From Amoebophrya sp. A120 (taxonomy: Eukaryota > Protista > Dinoflagellata): a stretch of DNA of 64,000 nt. Shown here one piece after another: positions 38,713 to 48,098 of this stretch (position 1 is the first letter of the stretch; every line of letters starts with the position of its first letter). The stretch covers positions 12,651,386 through 12,715,385 of the forward strand of contig CAJINV010000002.1 of the NCBI GenBank assembly GCA_905178155.1, in the 5' to 3' direction. The notes below the pieces were generated by a model. That model had not been told where the DNA came from, made no database searches, and saw only the letters and a program-made list of their open reading frames with translations. The translations under genes and the position numbers were made by a program.

Positions 38713-41025
38713 TCAGAAGTCGGCATCTTCATCCGAAGATGCATCACCAGCCCTACCATCTTCTTGCATCACTTGCCAACTGGCCAGCGCGTCCGCCAGC
38801 TGTGCCACTCCTGGAGAAACATCGACCTGCAGCAACCGCTTGTAGTACTCATCCATCCCAAAACCTTCCACCACTTCGTCGAACAGCGACGGGTGCAATC
38901 TGGTCAAAATCTCCATTTTTTCATCCCTCGCGGGATAATCCGCCAAGTTGTAATGCGTGGGCACCCGCGTGTTCCACGGCTTCATATCCCCTTCCGCCGA
39001 CACTGTCCAAAGTTCCGCCGTCATCCTCGTAAAAGTCCACTTTTGTGCTTTGCTGCTCTTCCCCTGCGCCAGCAGATTTTGTTGTGCACAAGTGTTATCG
39101 ATCGCATGATCAAACCTCCTCCCTTTGAGGTCTTGGAAAAAATAACGCAGTGCCAGCGGTGCAACTGCCGTCTCTAGGACGTTTATGGGGTACAAACGAT
39201 ACTCCGGGTGCAATTGAGCAGCAAAGCACTGCTGCCGGACGCAGCGAAGCCGTCCATTCTTCACAATTACTGCAGCCAAAACTCCCCGTCTGTCACTCCA
39301 TTGTGCATCCGTGTACAGCAACAGACTCTCCGAGGTTTTATCTTCAAACTGCACAGACCTCTCGAGCGGGGGCTTCGTCACGTGTTTGATAGCGTAGAGG
39401 GCGTTCTTCACATCTTCACACGCCGCAACCTCTTCTCTGCTCAAATGCATCCGCAACGGTTTCATCAGGGGGCTCAGCGCGCGATCAGCTACAGCTGCTA
39501 AACAAAACGTGAGCCGCCCCAGTAGCGCGTCCGTGGTCGACATGTCCATCAACATTGTTTCCAGAGCAAAATCACGCACCTGCGCAATCTGGTCCTTCTT
39601 CTGCTGCGTAATCTGCACGCTCGGCGTATCGCCTCTTACATCAAACAGCAAGCCCAGGATTTCCAAGAAGGTGTCGACGTTTATTTTATCCGTCATGGCT
39701 GGCAGTCCAAGCAGCTGTAGCAGGTCTAGGAGAGTGTCACGCGCAAGTTCTCCTAGCCCGCGCAAGACAAAGTTCGGGAAATCGTCTACATAATCCTCAG
39801 AATTTATCCCGTAATGCTTGCGTAGCACACTTCTTAACAATTTCCCGGGCCGACGCCATCCGGTGACGGGGTGTCTGCTCCCGAAAATTGCAGACACTCC
39901 GACAAAATAAAAGTACTTCCGCTGCACAGGATGGAAGACGAGGATGGTGTTGTACCTGCGGTGGTCCGGCCGCGCCATCATATTATTATAGCACTTGGCT
40001 ATGTCCAGCAGCACGACGCCCAACTCACTCAGCACAGTGCTCATCGTGCGCCGGAACTTGCGGCTGCTCTGCACATCTTCTTCACACTTGAAAGCAGCAC
40101 GGTCGTCATACTTCGGCTGCGCAACGCCGTCTTTTAGCAGTTCCTTGCTGAGTTCCTTTCTGTCGCCGGCGATGTAACGCAAAAACTCCTTCTCGAACTG
40201 CTTCTCCTGCTTCCTACACCGCTGTAGCACTTTGCGGCTGTGCCTGACGATCCGCTTCCCCGCCAACTCGGGGCTCCTGGCCACCGCCGCATTGGCCAGG
40301 ACGTCCAAAGCCGAGGGTATCGGTACCCTGCAGGGCAACGGCGAGCATTTATTTGCTCCGCAGGCCGGGTCGATCAAACGACACTTCCGCGCCTGATGTC
40401 TGGGAAGCCGCCTCATCCCGTAAAAAATCTCCTGCTGCGCCTGCACATTAGTGGAGATGTCCGCTGCAATCTCGTATGGTCCCTCCAAAAGAGCATAGCC
40501 AAGCTCTGGGACAGCCTCCGTCTCCTTCACCGACCTGTCCCACACCAACTTGATGCCCTCCTCTGACCATGATGGTTCGGTGTGGTGACCCTGCAGCACC
40601 TTCTCGATAACCTTGCTAGGTTTAAATTCGCTCGGATCACTGTTCATCCGGTCTCTGCGCTGCCTTGGAGACCACGTAGGATCTATGGCGCAGGGGCCAA
40701 TCATGGCCAGTCCATCGGACCAAACCCGCCATGCGTCCGGATCACTGGTGTGATATTCCGCGCCGAGTTTTTCCCACAAACCGAGCTTCCTGCACGTCCG
40801 TGGTTTCCGTATCCTCTCGTCAATTTTGCTGAACAATTCTTCGGAACGCGGTGTGGTCTCCTCGTGCCACTTCCGCAGAGTAGCGTGCGCAGCTTTAATC
40901 TTCTCAGCAGACATGCAGGCAGGGTTCGGTAACTCCTGCGCTACATCAAAAGGATGCTCTCTCATCATGTCAATCTGCACGCGTTTCGTGACGTTGTGCG
41001 CATCCTTTTCAGTGGGGAGTGGCAT
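38713..41025 (-). CDS. Reverse transcriptase / RNase H, DIRS-type
   Basis: RT motifs KCRLID, LLDIAKCYN, AIFGSR, YVDDF and LEILGL. RNase H motifs LYTDA, INVLE, IDNT and NLADYPAR. Confidence 0.92.
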   Translation of the reverse strand: MPLPTEKDAHNVTKRVQIDMMREHPFDVAQELPNPACMSAEKIKAAHATLRKWHEETTPRSEELFSKIDERIRKPRTCRKLGLWEKLGAEYHTSDPDAWRVWSDGLAMIGPCAIDPTWSPRQRRDRMNSDPSEFKPSKVIEKVLQGHHTEPSWSEEGIKLVWDRSVKETEAVPELGYALLEGPYEIAADISTNVQAQQEIFYGMRRLPRHQARKCRLIDPACGANKCSPLPCRVPIPSALDVLANAAVARSPELAGKRIVRHSRKVLQRCRKQEKQFEKEFLRYIAGDRKELSKELLKDGVAQPKYDDRAAFKCEEDVQSSRKFRRTMSTVLSELGVVLLDIAKCYNNMMARPDHRRYNTILVFHPVQRKYFYFVGVSAIFGSRHPVTGWRRPGKLLRSVLRKHYGINSEDYVDDFPNFVLRGLGELARDTLLDLLQLLGLPAMTDKINVDTFLEILGLLFDVRGDTPSVQITQQKKDQIAQVRDFALETMLMDMSTTDALLGRLTFCLAAVADRALSPLMKPLRMHLSREEVAACEDVKNALYAIKHVTKPPLERSVQFEDKTSESLLLYTDAQWSDRRGVLAAVIVKNGRLRCVRQQCFAAQLHPEYRLYPINVLETAVAPLALRYFFQDLKGRRFDHAIDNTCAQQNLLAQGKSSKAQKWTFTRMTAELWTVSAEGDMKPWNTRVPTHYNLADYPARDEKMEILTRLHPSLFDEVVEGFGMDEYYKRLLQVDVSPGVAQLADALASWQVMQEDGRAGDASSDEDADF

Positions 41026-41770
41026 GATGCCAGAAACAGAAATAGCAACGCTCTCTACGATGACTTACTACTGCTGTGATGTGTGGAGCTTGCTCCTTAA
41101 CACAATGCACACAGAAGAAATATTATATCGTCCACGAGCTGAGAGTGAGTGATGCTATACTACTACACACAAATAAAATCACAATGCGTCTACTTCTACA
41201 CAACTTTGCACACTGAGCTGCTTTGCATCCCCCCACGATTTGCATTTGCATTTTGTATCTGACTTTGCTTACCACACACCGTCATACTTGTCAGCCGATG
41301 CTGCGCAACTGCTGTAACAACCGAAATAGCCGAACCTTGACTCACTTGCAGCAGGGACGTGACAGGGGTACTTTTTTTTAACGAACATGTGCTCCACGTC
41401 TGCAACTTGTGCAGAAAATATCACCTCTCGGTGAGAGGTGTAAACAACTGTAGTGATACTGTGCCGTCCTCCTCTGTGCGTTTTCCAATAGTAAGTCTTG
41501 TACAGGATGAATCTCAATTCATTGCTGCACTTTGTGCAAGTATAAGGCGCCGCTCATCTGATTGTGACATTACTATTGCCAGGCTAACATGCTCTCCGGA
41601 TAAAAAACAAAAAAGCCATTGATTTTGACCATGGTCGCACAGCATGCCGATAAAAAACTATGATAAGTTCTCCTTTGGAGACAATACTTATTTTTTTTTT
41701 TCATTTTTTTTTTTCATTTTTTAGTGAAACTATTACACGGCCATGCTGTGCGACATACATTTTGAAAAAC

Positions 41771-44131
41771 TCAAAAGGGGAAGTCACAGCAGTCCTGTCT
41801 AGCCATCCCATCAGCCGGCTTACACCAGGCCTCGAACTCAATGTCCTTGAACTTGTCGGAAAACTTCTCCTGCAACTGCTTGCACTCGTTCTGGGACATG
41901 TCGCCCGACATCGCATGGCGAAACCTGCACTCGTTGCCGAGCTTGCAGGCGCCCTTGTTCAACAGCCAGGGAAAGCGCCAGGACTTGTTGGACTTCCCCT
42001 TTTTTCCGCTCAGGCGGACGGCCCGGGGCACGGATTCCGGCTATATTCCGGCTATGCCTTAGCTAAATTTCTTCGCAGCCCGCGTGGCTTCCTCCTTCCT
42101 TCGGGCTGGGCCGCTCCAGCGCGTGGCGGCGCCCTCCTTCCCATGCGTGGGGCAGCCGGGCGCTGGGTGCTTGCCGCGGCTGCATATGCGGCCCGCGGCG
42201 CCAGTTTTTCGGCAGCCACCCTTGCCGGGGTGCCGCCCTTGTTCGTTTTAAAATTTAAAAATTCGGAGCGTTTTCTTTTCGAATTCCCCGAAATTTTGAA
42301 GAGGCCGGCCCGCCTGCCCGATATTTGTTCCAGCATTCATCCTGTCGCCGCCTGGGCGAGCGGATGAGTTTTGGAAGAAACCTTTGGCCGGATGGCAGCT
42401 AAAATCCGGCTAAATTGAGGATAAATTCCAAAAGAAATTCAGCTAAGTACTCAGCTAAGTGCCCGGCTAAGTATCCGGCTAAGTACCCGGCTAAATGTTG
42501 GGAGAAATGCCGGAACAGGGAAAATGGGAAGGATTTGGGCCCGGGGGCCTCCCGAGCCCTCCGGCCCCCCTCCCGAAGGACCCAATTTAGCAGAGCATTT
42601 AGAAGAGTATCTAGCTGGATTTTTTTTGGGATCTCGAGCCGAAAAGCGTTCGCGAATTAGCGAAGCCGGAACCAATTTAGCAGAGCATTTAGCCGGATTT
42701 CCAGAAGGAACCTCCGGCGTTTTCCAGAAGGGCTCGCTTGGGTGGGTTGCCGGCATTGCCGCCATCGCAATACCGGGCCCGCGGAGTCGGGCCCGTCGCG
42801 CGCGGGCCTGCTGCGCCCCTATGCCGTGTCTCGGCCGGAGTTTGGGCCCCGGGGGGCCCGGCCCGTATGCTTCCGTCGCCTACGGAACGACGGGCCGGAG
42901 CCCGAAATCGGAAGGGGGCGCGCCTTCTGTCCGCGCCACGTCCGGAAGTGCGGCCGCGGCCATTCGGCCTGTGCGCTTCCGGCTTTTCAATTTAGCCAGA
43001 ATATAGCGGCGGTTTAGCGCGTTGCCCCGCCCCGGGCCGTCCGCCTGATTCCGCCTTTGTCCTTCCCTTTACCTGAGGTGTGAAAGGAGAAGTCCAACTG
43101 TATGCATTTGCTGATAATGCAAGCAAGCTGTGGTGACACTACAAAAACCCATGCCAATCATAAAGAACAAATCGCACCTTTGTTGTTGACATTGTACTTG
43201 CTCCCCTTGTCGTTGTTGCCCCACACTGGGCCATGCGACTTCTGCCACTCCTCACGCTCAGCCCGCATAGCGGCGCGTTCCTCTGTCACCAAAGCGCGGG
43301 CTTCGGCCGTAGCTTCACTAGCCGCATCACGAATGCCTTTCAAACGCTGGATTTCTTCCGACCACAGCTTGCTGAAACGATTTTCAGCAAAGAAAACACG
43401 CGTCCTGGCCTCGTAGGTGGTGCCGGGCGTGGACGCATCGGGCGTCCACTGCTCCGTCTTGTAGATGATGGCACCCAAGGCGCGCACCGCCGTCTCCTCG
43501 GAAATCGTGGTCTTGGCCAACATGAGCTGGGCGATCATCTGGCTCCTCCGCTCGACCGTCGCCAAGGGGTCGCGGTCCTTGTGGCACTTGGCACCCATGG
43601 CCGCAAACAGCGCGTTGACACTGAAGGGCAAGTCCTTGTTGACCTTGGACGAACCATCCTCGGCGATGGTGACCTTGCGGCACTCCTTCATGACTTTACC
43701 TGACGAGTAGATGAGGAAAACCATAAATCTCAAACATGCATTCTTTTTTTTTTTTACGTTGACCTGTCACAATCTTGAAACACAAACACACACTGTACCC
43801 GCTTCCCACAACGAGCGGGTGGTGATGGTCTTGGCACACTTGGTGAAGTCCGCCTGGGCCGGGCGGAGCTCGCTAACGTCGAGCACGAGGCTCTGGAAAC
43901 TCCCCTCAGTCTGCGTGTCTTGTCCGATGATGAAGTCGGCCAGCTCACGGCTGGCCCCTCCTCCGGCCGCAGCTGTGGTGACAAATAATGTTTTTTTTTT
44001 TAAATATTAACATTCACCTTTTTGCAGTGTACTTGCATTCACACAATTACATCTTGCGCATGAGAAAACAGAGACAATCATGTAACAGACATACCCTGAG
44101 CTGCCTGCTGCTGCTGGTTGACATTGGCCAT
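41771..44131 (-). CDS. gag-like ORF of the YR element with three GT-AG introns, a degenerate CCCH zinc finger and a MITE insertion
   Basis: ATG at 44131 (MANVNQQQQ). Introns 43973-44094, 43700-43798 and 43073-43177 all join in frame. Removing the MITE plus one TSD restores KGKDKGGKKGKSNK...FPWLLNKGACKLGNECRFRH. The gag label is positional inference. Confidence 0.72.
42010..43048. mobile_element. Non-autonomous TIR element (MITE) nested in the gag-like ORF
   Basis: Perfect 20-bp TIR TCAGGCGGACGGCCCGGGGC / GCCCCGGGCCGTCCGCCTGA. TTCCGC at 42004-42009 and 43049-43054. Internal (C/A)GCTAA / TTAGC repeats. Confidence 0.92.
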
Positions 44132-44439
44132 TTTGACTTTTTTGTGATTCGGAATCCGAGATCACTGACACACAGACACGAGAGTCACAAAGACTTGCTA
44201 CTACAGGTTTGTGTTTTTTTCATTGAATTGACACACCCGCAACTGTGAAGATTTACACACGCACGCTTACACATTTTGGAACATTTGCATTTTGCTGACT
44301 CACTGCTATCACTTTGTCATCTGATTTCTCTTCCTCTGTCGTGAACACAATCAAGCACACTCCTGCCTGCACAAGTGCAACTGCACGCCGCTTCTTTATT
44401 TTACTTCTGCTATACATGTACACTTTTTCCACAACAAAA

Positions 44440-45998
44440 TTATATGCCACAAAAGTTCAGCGGTACAAGCATTGACCTGCTGACATATGGTATGGATCTG
44501 ATGTAGTGCATTAACATTTGCATGTTTGACCGCCGTGCTATAGATGTCAAAAAACCAGGAAGATGCTGGCTGCACACACATTCACACTTCGCAATTTATG
44601 CACAGCTGCAGGTCTACGCAAGCATCTGCACACGCCTGCATCTTCGTCTCGCATTTGGTACTGCAGTGCACTATGACACGTATGGGATCGATCTTCGTCA
44701 AATATAGGTGCGTCGCGCTACCTATTCTCCATGAGTGACTGGCAACGTCTTCTTCATGTGCAAAACGTCTCTTCATTATGCTAGCCACGTCTAGATCTTC
44801 TCTGCGCAACTGTGGTAGAACTTCACGAAACTTGCATACACAAAAACACCGTGGATAATTTATCTGCTTCAATTGACTGCACACGCATGCAATCCTGACC
44901 ATAGCACATTTCTTTACTTTTGTGGAAGCTTCTTGGAAGTTCAAAAGTAAATCCCCGTTTGTATCATACTTCATGGAGATCAGTCCCGTGCTACCACTTC
45001 CTTTTACATCCAAAAGAAACGCCTCGCTTTTGCGAAGGGCAGCGCAAAACGCAAGAAGCAGAGCAACAACATCTTTGCAATGCAACCTGTTTCCCACCCA
45101 TCCTTTGTACACATGCATGATTGTGAGTGGTGCTTTTTGTTTCTTTCGACCCAAAAAGCCCCTCCGTACTAACGTTGCCAGCTCCCTCCTGACTTGCTCT
45201 TTCTCCTGCTCCGACAGCCCGCGCCTGCTGTCCATGAGGACGTCTTTGACTGCGGGTTGGATACTACTGTATCCGGCCGCCATGCTCGTCCCAATGAAGG
45301 CCCGCGCCGACTCGTGCGACCAAGTCCGGAACGGCAGCCTGCAGGCCACCTTCTCGCACCTGCGTACTCTGGACTCCCTATTATCGTCCGCCTTTTTCGT
45401 CGACGCCATCTGATTCAAATCAGCCATGGCCGCCTGCAGCTGCATCGGATCCTGCGCTATATCGAGCGCCATCGCAAGCTTCCCTTGCGCAGTTTCCCCC
45501 TCCTGACTTGTCCTGGCACTGAAAACCGCGTCGATGGTGGACTGCGCATGCGCCATTTGCTTCACAAAAACTTCTTTCGGCACGTCCAGCATGTTGCTCC
45601 TGGTGAAGGGATCATCCTTCCTCTTGCGCCGTATCGTATCAAACTGCGGGACGCCGTCCCGGTACTGGATTGAAAACCGCAACTGCGAGAGTGTACTGCG
45701 AATCTTCGCTGCTTGCGCCTGGTTGACAACCATGACGCCCCGCTGCTCCGACACTGGCATTTCCTCTGCCAACTGCGCGTGCGTGACTGAACGTACTGGG
45801 CGGTAACGCCGCAACATCTTCGAGAAAAGCCGTAGGTAACCGCTTACCGCTGGCCACACACTCCTTGACTGCTCTGGCAGCTGCTTTTTCCCCAAGCGCG
45901 TTGCTGAAGCTCTGGCACGACTTGAAATTCTCCTCTGCTACACCTTGTAGCTCTTCCTTCATGGATTTGTCAAACTGCTCCTCACTGTCCGATAACAT
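44440..45998 (-). CDS. Tyrosine recombinase of the retroelement (one intron, apparent frameshift near 45790)
   Basis: Catalytic R in AALRKSE and HSWR (H-x-x-R). After the GT-AG intron at 44538-44661 the exon RSNMQMLMHYIR supplies the likely catalytic Tyr; TAA at 44440-44442. The ATG-45998 frame differs from the main frame. Confidence 0.85.
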
Positions 45999-46022
45999 GG
46001 CGTGGGAGGGTGGGAATTTACA

Positions 46023-46432
46023 AAAAAGAAAAATCCGACAGCAACGAGCTGTGGATCTTCGATTTCCTGCTACCCTTGCTACATATTTTTGTGTGAGCAC
46101 ATATTTTTGCATACTTTTGCATATTTCCCGGTAGTTCAGCTACGCTCAAGCTGCGCTCACACGCGCACACACGCTCAACATGAGCACCCTCGGAGCCTCT
46201 CGTAGGCTTGTCCTGCATAAATAAAGGCTGCGATCTCGTCCCTCGCCTGCCTACTTTATTTATTGCTGTTCTAGCTTACTGTGGTGATACTTATCCACTG
46301 TGGTACCGGATGTAGACCTTCTGGCCACGCGAGAAGACGACCGCGAGCCTGCGGGCGAAGACTGCTTCGCGACACGTCGGAGGGCGCCGTGATCTCTCCA
46401 GACACCGAGATCCAACGCAACGGGGGAGGGCC
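46023..46432. repeat. Internal B1-A2 junction of the split direct repeats
   Basis: B1 (46023-46253) directly abuts A2 (46254-46432) at GCCTGCCTA|CTTTATTTAT. Confidence 0.95.
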
Positions 46433-47030
46433 TTTCGCCACCACGCTCGACCACGAGGAGAGGGCGCCGACTGAGGCACATAACCCTCCCCCACCCCGCT
46501 CGACGACGCGAGCGTGTCGAAGATACACTGCTCTGCCTGTCGATGCTTCCTTGCACCTCTCTGCCAACCTTGGGCCCTACCTGTGCTGCGGCGTCTGGGA
46601 AAGCAACGCTCCCTTCGCATCTACTTCGCGAAAACTACCAACAGGGCACGAAGCTCTGCTGCTCGACGAGTCGATCAGCAGCGCCACCGCGCGAACGAGA
46701 GTAGACACACCTAGGCATGCCCAAGCATGTCTGAGCCGTACTGTGTGGGCTGACTACCGGCGAGGTGAATCCTACCGGGGTAGGAAACTACCGACTCGCC
46801 GAGCAGCAGCGCTTGACGCCTGCTCTTCTGCAGCACCTAATCCTCCCATAGTGCGCACAGCACTGCACTCCATCCACTTACACACACTCCTGCACCTGAG
46901 GCAGACCACGGGCTGCCCTACGCGGGGCACAGCCTAAACCACACCTGATCCCACCTACGATCTGGCTACCTGTGAGCACCTGCGATCGGGGACCAGCACC
47001 TGCAGTGGGCACGGACGGTGAGACCGTGAG

Positions 47031-47261
47031 AAAAAGAAAAATCCGACAGCAACGAGCTGTGGATCTTCGATTTCCTGCTACCCTTGCTACATATTTTTGT
47101 GTGAGCACATATTTTTGCATACTTTTGCATATTTCCCGGTAGTTCAGCTACGCTCAAGCTGCGCTCACACGCGCACACACGCTCAACATGAGCACCCTCG
47201 GAGCCTCTCGTAGGCTTGTCCTGCATAAATAAAGGCTGCGATCTCGTCCCTCGCCTGCCTA
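47031..47261. repeat. Split direct repeat B2 (231 bp)
   Basis: Appears identical to 46023-46253. Confidence 0.95.
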
Positions 47262-48098
47262 TTTTGCCCGCGTGCGGTCCCGCGCGCGCCGTGCTTCGCA
47301 ACTGGGCCCGGTGGAGACTCCGCCGCGCCCGGCTTGGCTTGGCACCGCCCGAATGCGTTGCGCGCCATCCAGTGCCCAGGTAGCCGAGCCTATCGCCGCC
47401 TCTCCTCGGTTGGAACGAGCAGACTCGCGCCCCTGAAGTTCGCGAACCGCTACGCGGTCGCCAGTCTATTCACGCACTTTTTTTGTTGTCTAGCGGGCTG
47501 CCGTTCGCAGCCGGCGTCCCTTACTATAGAACGTGGCCAGCGAGGCGTCGACCCCGAGAGGACACCGGTTTTGTCCGAGAGATTGGACGGGTGCGCTTCT
47601 TGCGCCTATATGACCCAGCCGAGAGAGCAGATTCGTTTGAGTGACTTTGGGTGTGACAGTGATGGCTCGGGCGAGGACTATTCTTTTCCCCGAAGGCAGC
47701 CCCCGCGCGGCACAATTCTCTGAATGCACTCGTGACATGGCCCACGGCTTTGCTTTCCTGGCAAGCCCGCGCTTTTTTATACTCCGGCTCGCAGATAAAC
47801 GATGCGGCGGTAAAGGGAAAGGACTCAGATAGTTTTGCAGTTCCCCGCAGCTCCACCAGTACCTTCGCCTTTTCGGGTCGGACGTTTCCACTTGCAACGC
47901 TCCCGCGATAGTGAGCCCGCGCAGCGCAGGATCCCCGGCGGCCAGAATGGGCCGGATTCGCAACTCGCCCGACCGCCGCACCGCGACGGCAGGGCCACGC
48001 TGCAGGCTGGATCAGCATCGGCGGCCCGTCGGTCCTCCGTGAACTGATCGAGGTTCGACGGAGAGAGGCTGGCGCCAAGCCTCGGTTGCGGCCGAGGA

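Larger units (their letters stand above)
38239..47261 (-). mobile_element. Tyrosine-recombinase (DIRS-order, PAT/Ngaro-like) retrotransposon with split direct repeats
   Basis: A1 38239-38417 matches A2 46254-46432 (2 mismatches seen). B1 46023-46253 matches B2 47031-47261. Layout A1...B1A2...B2. Encodes YR, gag-like and RT/RNase H; no long TSD. Confidence 0.92.

Noticed and set aside
38239-47261. LTR retrotransposon interpretation of the direct repeats
   Set aside because: The repeats are split (A..BA..B) and lack TG..CA ends and a TSD; a tyrosine recombinase rather than a DDE integrase is present.
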